Shown one piece after another: positions 1-9,468 of a stretch of DNA of 64,000 bases. Origin of the DNA: Trueperaceae bacterium (GTDB lineage: Bacteria > Deinococcota > Deinococci > Deinococcales > Trueperaceae); assembly GCA_965213925.1 (NCBI GenBank), contig OZ243927.1:2048001-2112000 (forward strand), in the 5' to 3' direction. Every line of letters starts with the position of its first letter. Position 1 is the stretch's first letter. The position numbers and the translations under genes are program-made. The notes beneath the pieces were generated by a model. That model made no database searches. It was not told the origin of the DNA and was given only the letters and a program-made list of their open reading frames with translations.

Positions 1-136
1 GGTTGTGCGGCTCGCTCGCGCCAGCGAACGCGAAAATCTCACCGTCTACGAATTCGCTTTTATATTCGGCTTGGCGTTCTAGCTCGAAATACTCCTCTGC
101 GGTGTAACGCTTTTTATCCTTAGCCGGTAGAGCCAT
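1..136 (-). CDS. Uma2-family (PD-(D/E)XK) endonuclease-like protein, 5' part only (runs off window)
   Basis: Manual translation MALPAKDKKRYTAEEYFELERQAEYKSEFVDGEIFAFAGASEPHN, near-identical to N-termini of the two adjacent paralogues. Confidence 0.85.
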   Translation of the reverse strand, partial: MALPAKDKKRYTAEEYFELERQAEYKSEFVDGEIFAFAGASEPHN

Positions 137-139
137 AGC

Positions 140-754
140 CTAACGGTTCCTCTCGTCGTTCTTTTTGACCTCTTGCGCACGCTGCTCAAAGTTAATCCTG
201 TCGTAAACCTCTCTAAGCTGGAGGTCGCAGCCGATAGCGGGAAGTGGGACACTCAAGTCCAAACCCTCATACTCACCAAGCAGCCAGCGCCCGTCTTTTT
301 GCCGCTCGAACACCTCTATAAGAGGTTGGTGCTGAGCGATGAGCATGTAGGTTTGCAGTGAGTCAATCGTACGGTACTGCTTGAACTTTTCGCCTCGGTC
401 ATAGCTTTCGGTGGAAGAGGACAAGACCTCAATCACGAGTGTCGGGTTCGTCAATGTATCCTCCACTTGACCTGCAAATTGGGGTTCGCCGCACGTCACG
501 ACGACATCAGGGTAGAAGTAGCGTGTGGACTTTGCGAGTTGAACACGCATATCACCGGGATACGCTTCGCACGTTTGCGCGAGCTGCCGCCTGAGTTCTG
601 CGCCGCAATTCAGCACGATGAGATTGTGTACCCGAGTTGCCCCGGCGAGCGCGAAAATCTCACCGTCTACGAATTCACTTTTATATTCGGCTTGACGCTC
701 CAGCTCGAGATACTCCTGCGCCGTATAGCGTTTGTCCTTGATGGGAAGGGCCAT
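140..754 (-). CDS. Uma2-family endonuclease-like protein
   Basis: EYLELE...EFVDGEI...H; YPDVVV and IEVLS-STESYDRGEKF motifs typical of Uma2/DUF820. Confidence 0.9.
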   Translation of the reverse strand: MALPIKDKRYTAQEYLELERQAEYKSEFVDGEIFALAGATRVHNLIVLNCGAELRRQLAQTCEAYPGDMRVQLAKSTRYFYPDVVVTCGEPQFAGQVEDTLTNPTLVIEVLSSSTESYDRGEKFKQYRTIDSLQTYMLIAQHQPLIEVFERQKDGRWLLGEYEGLDLSVPLPAIGCDLQLREVYDRINFEQRAQEVKKNDERNR

Positions 755-756
755 AT

Positions 757-1344
757 CTAAAGGTTCTCCTCAGTTTCAAGGTTGATCCTGTCGTAGACCT
801 CGCGCAGTGAGAGGTCGCAGCCGACGGTCGGAAGAGAGACACTCGCGTTTAGCCCTCTATGGGCATTAAACCTCCAACTTTCGTCCTCTTGCCGCTCGAA
901 GACCTCCATAAGAGGTTTGTCTTGCGAGATGAGCACGTACGTTTGTAGCGAGCTTAACTGGCGGTAGCTTGCAAACTTCTCCCCCCTATCATAGCCTTCG
1001 GTAGAAGGGGAAAGAATTTCAATAATCAGCGTTGGATTGGTCAGCGTGTCGCGTTTCTCGTCTATAAACTCAGCATCGCCGCAAACCACCAAAACATCAG
1101 GATAGGTGTAGCGCCTGGACTCGGATTGCACGCGCATGTCGCTCGAGTAGAGCTTGCAAGGTTTGCCTTTGAGCTGCTGCCTCAACTCGCCCGTGCAGTT
1201 CGTGGAGATGAGGTTATGCGGCTCGCTCGCGCCAGCCAGCGCGAAAATTTCACCGTTCACAAACTCGCTCTTGTACTCGGCTTGGCGCTCTAGCTCGAGA
1301 TATTCCTCCGCCGTGTAGCGCTTGTCCTTAACAGGTAGAGCCAT
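757..1344 (-). CDS. Uma2-family endonuclease-like protein
   Basis: YPDVLV, IEILSPSTEGYDRGEKF motifs; paralogue of 140..754. Confidence 0.9.
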   Translation of the reverse strand: MALPVKDKRYTAEEYLELERQAEYKSEFVNGEIFALAGASEPHNLISTNCTGELRQQLKGKPCKLYSSDMRVQSESRRYTYPDVLVVCGDAEFIDEKRDTLTNPTLIIEILSPSTEGYDRGEKFASYRQLSSLQTYVLISQDKPLMEVFERQEDESWRFNAHRGLNASVSLPTVGCDLSLREVYDRINLETEENL

Positions 1345-1352
1345 ACTCTATC

Positions 1353-2690
1353 TTAAAGGTTTCTTTCATCCACAATCCGCCGCAACTTCCCGCCCGCACT
1401 CCTGGGCGCACTCCCCGGCGCTAAGAGGTTGACCTTGACGGTGACGCCCACCGTGTCTTTGATTTTATGCTGCACCTTGTTCCGTAAGTCGCTCAGGTAT
1501 TGGTCGGTCTCGAGCAACTCTTCAGACAAGACCTCTTGACCCAAACGGTAGAAGGCGTCTTGGGCTAGCTCGAGCCTCAGCTCGCAGGTGTCGAGGGTGC
1601 CTTGCCGCTCCAAAGCAAGTTGGTAATGCATCGCCACATCGGGGATGCGCTGCAAGACCTCTTCGATCTGCGTCGGATAGAGGTTCACGCCGCGCACGAT
1701 GATCATGTCGTCGCTGCGCCCTTTGATCATCCCCATGCGCGCGTGCGTCCGCCCGGACGCGCCGACCTCGCGCCGCAGATTCGTAATGTCGCCCGTCCAG
1801 TAGCGCAGCAGCGGGAGTGCCTCTTTCGTCAGCGTGGTGATAACCAAAACGCCGTCTTCGCCCTCGCGGGCAGGCTCGCCTGTCTCCGGGTTCAAGATTT
1901 CAGGATAAAAGTGGTCCTCCCAGATGTAGGAGCCCGCTTGCTCGTTCACGTCCTCGTTCGAAACGCCGGGTCCGATGATTTCGGAAAGTCCATAGATGTT
2001 CGTCGCCTTGACGCCCAAGCCCGCCTCCACGTCGGCGCGAATGGCGTCCGTCCAGGGCTCGGCACCTAGAACGGCGACCTCTAAACTCGTCTCTTCGGGC
2101 GCGATACCTTTCTCCCGCATCGCCTCGGCTAAGGTCTGCGCGTAAGAGGGCGTACACGAGATAACCTTAGGTTGCAAATCCTGAATCAGCGTCACTTGCC
2201 GCTCGGTCATCCCGCCCGAGACCGGAATCACGGTGAGCCCCAACCGCTCGCCGCCGTAATGCAGCCCCAAGCCGCCCGTGAAGAGCCCGTAGCCGTACGC
2301 ATTGTGAAAGACCATGCCCGGCTCTGCGCCCGCCGCCGCCAAGCACCGCGCGTTGACTTCGGCGAAGGTCTCGATATCTTTTTTCGTGTAGCCCACGATG
2401 GTCGGTCTGCCCGTTGTGCCGCTGCTGGCGTGGATGCGGGCGACCTCTTCCATTGGCACGGCGAAAAGTCCTGTCGGGTAGTGGTCGCGTAGGTCGGTCT
2501 TTTTAGTGATGGGAAGTTTGGTGATATCGTCAATGCTCTTGATGTCGCCTGGCTTAAGACCTCTTTCGTCCAGCGCGCTTTTGTAGAAGGGGACGCGCTC
2601 GTAGACGTAGTGAACCAGGTTGTTAAGGCGTTCGGTTTGCAGGTTGCGGAGTTCGCTTTGGGGGAGGGTCTCGAGGTCGGGTTGAAACAT
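1353..2690 (-). CDS. paaK: Phenylacetate--CoA ligase
   Basis: RIHASSGTTG, YGYGLFTGGLG, YGLSEIIGPGV, GRSDDMIIVRGVN motifs. Confidence 0.93.
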   Translation of the reverse strand: MFQPDLETLPQSELRNLQTERLNNLVHYVYERVPFYKSALDERGLKPGDIKSIDDITKLPITKKTDLRDHYPTGLFAVPMEEVARIHASSGTTGRPTIVGYTKKDIETFAEVNARCLAAAGAEPGMVFHNAYGYGLFTGGLGLHYGGERLGLTVIPVSGGMTERQVTLIQDLQPKVISCTPSYAQTLAEAMREKGIAPEETSLEVAVLGAEPWTDAIRADVEAGLGVKATNIYGLSEIIGPGVSNEDVNEQAGSYIWEDHFYPEILNPETGEPAREGEDGVLVITTLTKEALPLLRYWTGDITNLRREVGASGRTHARMGMIKGRSDDMIIVRGVNLYPTQIEEVLQRIPDVAMHYQLALERQGTLDTCELRLELAQDAFYRLGQEVLSEELLETDQYLSDLRNKVQHKIKDTVGVTVKVNLLAPGSAPRSAGGKLRRIVDERNL

Positions 2691-2692
2691 GG

Positions 2693-3115
2693 TTACGCTC
2701 CTACAGGTCGAGAAGTCAAAATTTGCAAGAGGTCGGCGAAGAAAGGCTCGAGCCCCTCAACATCATCGTAAAAAACAACTTCCTCGGAAATACCTCCCAG
2801 CGTTTCCGAAATATCACGTCCCTGTTTCGCTATCGTCACCACCGGGATTCCTTTTGCGTAAGCATATCCCGCTTCGATGCCAAGACCCACCCCTTTTTGG
2901 CTCAATTCGGTAACGACGAGGTCGCAACTGTCTATCATCTCAAACGTCTTTTGCATGAGGTCTCGAGCCTTCAAACGAACCGCGCCCCACTGCTCCAAGT
3001 CTCGAGCCACACAAGAGGTTGTTACACCACACCGAGCGAGCACCTCAGAAATCTCTTCAATGACCTCTCGGTTGCGGTTATCGGCGTGGTACTTGATGCC
3101 CAAATACGCCCTCAC
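2693..3115 (-). CDS. Nucleoside 2-deoxyribosyltransferase-like protein
   Basis: IDSCDLVV...GVGLGIEAGYAYAKGIPVV motif; GTG start at 3115 overlaps upstream TGA. Confidence 0.7.
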   Translation of the reverse strand: MRAYLGIKYHADNRNREVIEEISEVLARCGVTTSCVARDLEQWGAVRLKARDLMQKTFEMIDSCDLVVTELSQKGVGLGIEAGYAYAKGIPVVTIAKQGRDISETLGGISEEVVFYDDVEGLEPFFADLLQILTSRPVGA

Positions 3116-3468
3116 AGCGGCACAATCTGCACGGCGACAGCTCTCCACCTTTTGCCGCGCTTAGCGTAGATACGGGTGAAGCGTTGCTGAATGAAATCAC
3201 CCGCTGTCTTAACCGTGACTTGCCCAGTCGTAACCGCCGTATCGTCGAAGAGGTACACCGTTCCCTCTTCGAAGGTGCTTTCGACCTCTTCGGGAGGCGG
3301 CGCTTGACGCTGAGACTCTAAAAGCATCTCTTTCGTGATGACTTCATGCGCAGGCGTTAAACCTGCCCAATCGTCTGCTAACACCTCGTTCAGCGCTTCT
3401 AAGTCTCGAGTTCGGTATGCCGCGTTCCAAGCACGGTCGAGCTGCTTAACCGCTCCTTCGTCGCTCAC
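3112..3468 (-). CDS. NTF2/SnoaL-like (DUF4440) protein
   Basis: 118 aa; WNAAY..D...L...LADD, DTAV, RFTRIY..RG.RW pattern. Confidence 0.8.
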   Translation of the reverse strand: MSDEGAVKQLDRAWNAAYRTRDLEALNEVLADDWAGLTPAHEVITKEMLLESQRQAPPPEEVESTFEEGTVYLFDDTAVTTGQVTVKTAGDFIQQRFTRIYAKRGKRWRAVAVQIVPL

Positions 3469-3483
3469 CGCTCACCTCATTTC

Positions 3484-3502
3484 ACGAACAAACGTTCGTT
3501 TT
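3484..3502. promoter_or_regulatory. PaaR-like operator (overlapping near-matches to CNAACGNNCGTTNG)
   Basis: ACGAAC-AAAC-GTTCGT palindrome just downstream of the paaK-operon promoter; one mismatch to the Thermus PaaR consensus as recalled. Confidence 0.65.
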
Positions 3503-3513
3503 GTGCGGGTGTC

Positions 3514-3543
3514 ATTGTATGCGGAGGCGTGCGGCCTTGTCAA
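3514..3543 (-). promoter_or_regulatory. Sigma70-type promoter of DUF4440-NDT-paaK operon
   Basis: TTGACA-18-TACAAT on minus strand. Confidence 0.7.
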
Positions 3544-4073
3544 AGTGGTGTAGCAAAGAAAATCGCACGGGGCACGAAAGGCCAGACGTGGCGCGATCAG
3601 CCTCGAGCATGAGGTGGGCGAATATAGGTTGCTCGGTGAGAACGCTCGAAGCTACAGTGGACCTAAAATTAGACTTTATCCGAGCGTGTGGTATAACCTT
3701 GTGTAGGTCACTCGCCACTTTGGTGTTACACACCTTCGCCTGTTCCTGTTAGACCCCTCTTGTAAAACTGGTGAAGCGTAACGGCAAGCCTTTTGTACCC
3801 TTGGTGCTCTGGGTTTAAGTAACGGGTCTTGTAGGATTTTGATTTCATTGAGCTTGTATCGCGTTTACGGAAGTTTTGGCAACGCCGAAGGGATCATCAC
3901 CGAACGTGCGTACTCGACAATGTTCCATTTAGTGAGATTGGTTCAAACTAGATGATACCTACTAACCTCCGCCGTTCATCAAACTCGGGTTTTCCCTCAA
4001 CCTGCGTGCTGTACACGTAATACGAAGAGCGCGAGTATACAACCGTCCAGAGGGACAAAACTAAGGGGTAGAA

Positions 4074-5693
4074 ATGGCAGATAATAAAAAGAGTCGTGAG
4101 GATGTAGAGACTAGAGTCGGCGAAAGGAACATTCAGCGCTGGGGTTTGGATATGCACAACCCGGTGTTTTTCACCTCGAGCGGGTTCATCATCGTCCTGC
4201 TCGTCCTGACGCTTCTGTACCAAGAAAGCGCCGCGAGCGCCTTTAGCGCGGTGCAAGCCTTTGTCTCGGACAAGTTCGGCTGGCTGCTGATCATCACCGT
4301 CAACCTCTTGCTCGTCTACTCGGCCTTCTTGGCGTTTGGGCGTTTCAGCAAGATACGCATCGGCGGTAAGGACGCAAGACCGGAGTTCTCGACGCTTTCT
4401 TGGTTCGCGATGCTTTTCAGCGCGGGTATGGGCATCGGGGTTATCTACTGGAGCGTGGCGGAGCCCATCACGCACTTCTCGAACACGCCCTTTTTAGCCC
4501 AGTCGGGCACGGAGGACGCCGCACAAGTCGGCATGGTCACAGCCTTTCTCCACTGGGGCTTTCACGCTTGGGCGGTCTACGCGGTCGTAGGCTTAGCCCT
4601 CGCCTTTTTCGCCTACAACTGGGGCTTGCCCTTGACGGTTCGCTCGCTCTTCTATCCGCTTTTAGGCGAACGCATCTACGGCTGGATTGGCGACGTGGTG
4701 GACACCATCGCGGTGCTCGCGACGATGTTCGGCATCACCACCGTGCTGGGGCTCGGGGCGGGGCAGATCAGCGCGGGCATGAACTACCTCTTCGACACGC
4801 CCGACACCATCGTCGTCGAGGTCAGCGTCATCGCCTTTATTACAAGTATTGCGACGATGTCGGTGGTGGCGGGCTTGGACGGCGGCGTAAAGCGGCTCAG
4901 CGACATGAACATCGTCATTGCGGCGCTGCTGCTCGTGTTCATCATGATCGTTGGTCCAACGATTTTCATCCTCAACGGATTTATCCAAAACGTCGGCTTC
5001 TACCTGCAAAACTTCATGTTTTTAGGAACCTGGGGCGAAGCGTACGAGGGCGGCACTTGGCAGAATAGCTGGACGGTCTTCTACTGGGCGTGGTGGGTCT
5101 CCTGGGCACCTTTTGTCGGCATCTTCATCGCCCGCATCTCGAAGGGACGCACCGTCAGGGAGTTTATGTTGGGCGTGGTGCTCGTGCCGAGTATCGTGTG
5201 CTTCTTCTGGTTCTCAGCCTTCGGCGGGACGGCGCTCTATCAGGCGCTTAACGGTGTCGGCAATATCGTCAGCGCGGTGGACGCAAACTTCGCCACGGCG
5301 TTTTTCGTCATGGTCTCGGAGCTTCCCCTGAGCGGGGTCATCTCGTTCATCGCCGTGGTGCTGATTTTCACCTTTTTCGTGACCTCGTCGGACTCGGGCT
5401 CGCTGGTCATCGACAGCATCACCGCTGGCGGCAAAGACGACGCGCCCGTCGCGCAGCGCATCTTCTGGGCTGTCACCGAGGGCGTCGTCGCCGCCGTGCT
5501 GCTCATCGGCGGCGGGCTCACCGCGCTGCAAACGGCAGTAATCGCGCTCGGCTTGCCCTTCGCCATCGTGATTCTCTTCGTGTGCTATAGCCTCTACAAG
5601 GGCTTGCAGGCGGAGTATCGCGACGAGGTGGTGCCGCGCGAGGAGGCGAAGGAAGAAAGGGGCGGGCAGACCGAAGCGGTGCCTGCGGATTGA
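4074..5693 (+). CDS. BCCT family (betaine/choline/carnitine) transporter
   Basis: SWFAMLFSAGMGIG, FLHWGFHAW, WTVFYWAWW, FFVTSSDSG motifs. Confidence 0.95.
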   Translation: MADNKKSREDVETRVGERNIQRWGLDMHNPVFFTSSGFIIVLLVLTLLYQESAASAFSAVQAFVSDKFGWLLIITVNLLLVYSAFLAFGRFSKIRIGGKDARPEFSTLSWFAMLFSAGMGIGVIYWSVAEPITHFSNTPFLAQSGTEDAAQVGMVTAFLHWGFHAWAVYAVVGLALAFFAYNWGLPLTVRSLFYPLLGERIYGWIGDVVDTIAVLATMFGITTVLGLGAGQISAGMNYLFDTPDTIVVEVSVIAFITSIATMSVVAGLDGGVKRLSDMNIVIAALLLVFIMIVGPTIFILNGFIQNVGFYLQNFMFLGTWGEAYEGGTWQNSWTVFYWAWWVSWAPFVGIFIARISKGRTVREFMLGVVLVPSIVCFFWFSAFGGTALYQALNGVGNIVSAVDANFATAFFVMVSELPLSGVISFIAVVLIFTFFVTSSDSGSLVIDSITAGGKDDAPVAQRIFWAVTEGVVAAVLLIGGGLTALQTAVIALGLPFAIVILFVCYSLYKGLQAEYRDEVVPREEAKEERGGQTEAVPAD

Positions 5694-5713
5694 GCGAAGA
5701 GGTCTAGGCGCGT

Positions 5714-6268
5714 TTAGTATTTAGTAGCAGCGCGGAGGACCTCCAATACGAACCTCACATCCCCTAGCGCCCGGTGGCTCTGGTGCATCTCCAAGAGGTG
5801 CGCCAGCCCCTCTTGCCCCACCGCCTTATGCAGCCCGGTGCGCTTCGCCCCCTTGAGCCGCGCGTACATCTGCATGGCGCAGGCGAACAAAATCTTCGGA
5901 TGTGTCACGTTCCAAGCGGCGCTCGTCTGCTCCAACATGCGGGCGTCGAAGGGGGCGTTCCAGGTTAAGACGGTGGCTTTGTCGGTCAGGTCTACGAGTT
6001 GCGGGAGTATCTGGGGCCACGTCGGTTGATCTTCTAATGCGGCTAACGAAATCCCGTGAACCCGCCTCGCGTGCGGGTTCATGTAAGAGGTGCGCGGACG
6101 CACGAGCGTGTCTAAGAGCACCTCACCCTTCGTGTTGATGACGCTCACCTCGATGACCTCAGCATTTTTAAGTCCGGTCGTCTCGGTATCTAAGATGAGC
6201 ACGTCCTCTCGCTCTAAGAGGTTGGCGACTTTCGTGCGGAGCTGAGCGGGTCCTGCAGTGCGGGTCAC
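5714..6268 (-). CDS. DEDDh 3'-5' exonuclease (DnaQ-like)
   Basis: LDTETTG, NAPFD, HRALGD motifs. Confidence 0.9.
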   Translation of the reverse strand: MTRTAGPAQLRTKVANLLEREDVLILDTETTGLKNAEVIEVSVINTKGEVLLDTLVRPRTSYMNPHARRVHGISLAALEDQPTWPQILPQLVDLTDKATVLTWNAPFDARMLEQTSAAWNVTHPKILFACAMQMYARLKGAKRTGLHKAVGQEGLAHLLEMHQSHRALGDVRFVLEVLRAATKY

Positions 6269-6409
6269 AGGGAAGTATAACTTAGGAGCAATGAGTTAAA
6301 AGCAATCCAGTCGAGCTGGTTATGTAATCCAGTCAAGCTGGACGAACGGTCTTGCGAAGCAAACGAACGGTGAGCGGTGAGTGAAAGACGCTGGTTGTCC
6401 ACTTTCAAC

Positions 6410-7891
6410 TCATTGCTCATCGCTCATTGCTAACATTTCCTCAATCTGCTCCGCTAGATAAAGTTTCGCCAGCGTCTGCGGCTCTGAAAGAGGTAAGCCG
6501 ATAAGCGTTTCAATCCGCCCGAGGCGGTAGCGCAGCGTATTGACGTGGATGTGAAGCTCCGCTGCTAGACTTATCATGTCATCAGGTGAGCGTAAGTAGG
6601 CGTGCAAAGTGCGCCTTAGTTTTCCGCTCGAGTCTCCCGCTCTAAGCGTGCCGACAAGCTCGGCATGGAGTGCTCGTAAGCTCTCCTCAGATTGTCTCTG
6701 CAAGAGTAGCGTCACCGGCTCGAGATGAGTAGAACTTCGTCCGCCTCGCACCTCCCTTACTGACTGCGCCGCTAAACGCGCCTGCCGCAACGCTGTTTTA
6801 ACCTCTTGGTGGCTCGTTATCGCCGCGCTCACGCCGAGTTGAAACGGTTCATCCGTCGCGTTTCGAAGGGCTTTAAGAAGGGGTCCGAGCTGCGCGTCGG
6901 GGTCTCGCCCACTAAAGACCCACACGACCTCTTCACCTCTGGTTGTAGACAGCATAGGCAAGCCGAGCGTCCCGAAGAACTCGTCACCCGCCCCTCTTAG
7001 GCGCTCCAGAATAGGGTAGCGTTGTTTACTCCTTATACGTCTGAGGCTTGAAACGGCAACGAGATAGGACCCCTCGAGCCCCGCCTCTTTCAACCTCTCT
7101 ACCAGATCCGCATTCGCTCCGCTACTCAGCCACTCGTTGAGTAGAAGACTCTTGTTGGACCCTACCTTTTGCACCTCTAGTTCTCGCTGCGCGGCTGCTA
7201 AACGTAGCAGGCTCCGGGCAAGCTCCAAAAGGGGCAACCAAGCGCTACCGACCTCTTGCGCCACTAGGACCGAGCGCAGCCGCCCGCCCTGTTCAACGCG
7301 AAAGGTGAGATAGCCGCCGTCACCTCTTTGCAGCAGACCTTCCGGGAGGGATTCTAACGACCCCTCCGCCCGCCGCCAACCTCTTGGACCTGAGCGGGCC
7401 AACAATGAACCCCAGGGGGTGAGAAGGGCAAACGAGCCGCCGCTCATGATGGCGAGACGTTCCAGCAGATCGCGTTCAGGTTTGGGGCTTTCTAGGGCGT
7501 CTAAGAGATAACTCTGGAGGCTCGAGCCCACCTCCAAGCTTCCCAAGTTCTCCTGTGCGAGAAGTCTGAGCGCCGCTTCTTCGACCCTGGCTAGGTTGAC
7601 GTGGGGCGGCGCGGTGAAAAGCGCGACGTCCAGTGCTGAGGCTTTCGCTAATATTTCGGGCGGTAGAGTCCGGTGCTTCGGCGTAAGCGCGTAGCCGACA
7701 GCGCTCGGAACGGGATGAAAGAGGTGGGCAGGCTCAAGCGGCACCTCACCCAACCGTAAATCACCCTCACTTAGCCAAGCGCGGTGACGCGGCAGCGCAA
7801 CGTTTCGCACCGTTTGAAAAGTAACGTCACCTTTTCCGCCGTGAAGCGTTAAAGCTAGTTCTGAAACGTTCAATAAATCTGCCAAACGCAT
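6410..7891 (-). CDS. PucR/CdaR-family transcriptional regulator, divergent from hpa operon
   Basis: C-terminal TLHAYL...AAELHIHVNTLRYRL HTH_30 signature. Confidence 0.88.
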   Translation of the reverse strand: MRLADLLNVSELALTLHGGKGDVTFQTVRNVALPRHRAWLSEGDLRLGEVPLEPAHLFHPVPSAVGYALTPKHRTLPPEILAKASALDVALFTAPPHVNLARVEEAALRLLAQENLGSLEVGSSLQSYLLDALESPKPERDLLERLAIMSGGSFALLTPWGSLLARSGPRGWRRAEGSLESLPEGLLQRGDGGYLTFRVEQGGRLRSVLVAQEVGSAWLPLLELARSLLRLAAAQRELEVQKVGSNKSLLLNEWLSSGANADLVERLKEAGLEGSYLVAVSSLRRIRSKQRYPILERLRGAGDEFFGTLGLPMLSTTRGEEVVWVFSGRDPDAQLGPLLKALRNATDEPFQLGVSAAITSHQEVKTALRQARLAAQSVREVRGGRSSTHLEPVTLLLQRQSEESLRALHAELVGTLRAGDSSGKLRRTLHAYLRSPDDMISLAAELHIHVNTLRYRLGRIETLIGLPLSEPQTLAKLYLAEQIEEMLAMSDEQ

Positions 7892-7942
7892 AACGTCCTA
7901 GAGAGTCCACTTTGGTATCTCCTACAACTATAACAGAAATAT

Positions 7943-7987
7943 TAGTCGTTTTCGACAATTGCGTTAAGCGTCAGCGCCCTCTATTGT
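7943..7987 (+). promoter_or_regulatory. hpa operon promoter with adjacent palindromic operator
   Basis: TAGTCG-N4-CGACAA (7943-7958) abutting TTGCGT-17-TATTGT (7959-7987). Confidence 0.55.
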
Positions 7988-8032
7988 CAGAGAAAGCCGC
8001 TGAGACTTATCATCGTTGTGCTAGGAGGCACA

Positions 8033-8539
8033 ATGCCATCAATTAAATCAGTCAACCCATCCGAGTTCCGCAATACCTTAGGGCGCTTTGGCACGGGTGT
8101 CACCGTCGTGACCGTGCAGCAGGGCGAAGAGGTGAGAGGCATCACCGTCAACGCGTTCATGTCGGTGTCGTTAGAGCCGCCCCTCGTTTTGGTTTCTATC
8201 GACAAAAACGCCAACAGCCACGCCCTCTTAGCCGAGAGCGAGCGCTACGGCGTGAGTATTTTGAGCGAGCACCAAGAGGCGATGAGCAACCTCTTTGCGG
8301 GACGTTTTGATAAGAGCATCGAGGTGCATTACGAATACGTGGACGGCTTTCCGCTGATTCACGGCGCGTTGGCGCATCTGGTGTGCCGCGTGTCAGAGGC
8401 GCACGAGGCGGGCGACCACACGCTCTATATTGGTCAAGTCGAGTATTTGAGCTATCAGAACGGTAAGCCGCTGCTCTATTTCGGCGGACGCTACGGACGG
8501 TTGGAGGTTCCTGCTCGAGAACCCATTCTGGACGGTTAA
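8033..8539 (+). CDS. hpaC: Flavin reductase, 4-hydroxyphenylacetate 3-monooxygenase reductase component
   Basis: FGTGVTVVT, SVSLEPPL, AGDH motifs; AGGAGG RBS before ATG 8033; context. Confidence 0.85.
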   Translation: MPSIKSVNPSEFRNTLGRFGTGVTVVTVQQGEEVRGITVNAFMSVSLEPPLVLVSIDKNANSHALLAESERYGVSILSEHQEAMSNLFAGRFDKSIEVHYEYVDGFPLIHGALAHLVCRVSEAHEAGDHTLYIGQVEYLSYQNGKPLLYFGGRYGRLEVPAREPILDG

Positions 8540-8556
8540 AAAAGTTAGGAGAGGTT

Positions 8557-9468
8557 ATGCAACCCTTGAAAGGTTCGATTGTCCCCTTACCCACGCCCTT
8601 CACGGGCAGCGACGCCAAGGTTGATGAGGCAGCCTTAAAAGAGATTATCGAGTTTCAACTCCGCGAAGGCTCACACGGTTTAGGCGTCACGGGTACGACG
8701 GGTGAACCCTCCTCGCTTAGCCTAGACGAGCGCAAGTACGTTGCGGAGTTCGTGTACAAAGAGGTCAACGGGCGCGTGCCAGTCATGCCGGGGACGGGGA
8801 CGAACAATCTGGATGAGACCTTAGACCTCTCTAGACACGCCGAGTCTATCGGTGCAGACGCCGTGCTCGTCATCAGCCCCTACTACATCAAACCGAACCA
8901 AAACAGCCTCTTCGCGTATTTTAAGCGCGTCGCTGAGAGCGTGCCGAATACGCCCGTCGTCCTCTACAACATCCCCGGACGCACAGCGGTCAACATCGAA
9001 CCGAAAACGATTGGACGACTCCGCGAAGCCTGCAAAAACATCGTCGGCGTGAAGCACGCGACGAAAAACTTAGACGACGTTTCTTACACCTTCGTTCATG
9101 CGGGTCACGACTTTGGCGTCTACTGCGGCATGGAGACGATGACCTATCCGATGCTCACCTTAGGCGGCTCCGGTCATGTGAGCGCGACGGGCGTGGTTGC
9201 GCCGCGTGAGGTTGCCGAGATGTATAACCGGGCGGCTGCAGGGGATTGGAACGGGGCGCGGGAGTTGCACTATAGGATGCTCGAGCTAAACGACATGCTC
9301 TTCATCGAAGTGAACCCCGTACCGCTTAAAACTGCGCTATCCATGATGGGCTTGTGCGAAAAACAGTGGCGCTTACCGCTCGGTCCGATGATGCCCGAGA
9401 ACGAGGTCAAGCTTAAAGAAACATTGAAGAAGTATGGGATTTTCGAGCGGGTGGGGGTGAGTGCGTGA
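8557..9468 (+). CDS. hpaI: DapA-like 2,4-dihydroxyhept-2-ene-1,7-dioate aldolase
   Basis: GTTGEP, LYNIPGRT, GVK Schiff-base motif; within hpa cluster. Confidence 0.8.
   Translation: MQPLKGSIVPLPTPFTGSDAKVDEAALKEIIEFQLREGSHGLGVTGTTGEPSSLSLDERKYVAEFVYKEVNGRVPVMPGTGTNNLDETLDLSRHAESIGADAVLVISPYYIKPNQNSLFAYFKRVAESVPNTPVVLYNIPGRTAVNIEPKTIGRLREACKNIVGVKHATKNLDDVSYTFVHAGHDFGVYCGMETMTYPMLTLGGSGHVSATGVVAPREVAEMYNRAAAGDWNGARELHYRMLELNDMLFIEVNPVPLKTALSMMGLCEKQWRLPLGPMMPENEVKLKETLKKYGIFERVGVSA

Noticed and set aside
3698..4073. Riboswitch (e.g. c-di-AMP) in the long leader before the BCCT transporter
   Set aside because: No recognisable conserved aptamer motifs by eye; needs cmscan
3948..5068. ORFs 3948..4475(-) and 4400..5068(+)
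   Set aside because: Shadow or alternative frames of the BCCT gene, typical of GC-rich DNA
6360..6373. Third PaaR box (CAAACGAACGGTGA)
   Set aside because: Two mismatches, embedded in a heptamer-like repeat, no clear promoter
8557..9468. dapA (lysine biosynthesis)
   Set aside because: hpa operon context favours the DapA-like HpaI aldolase
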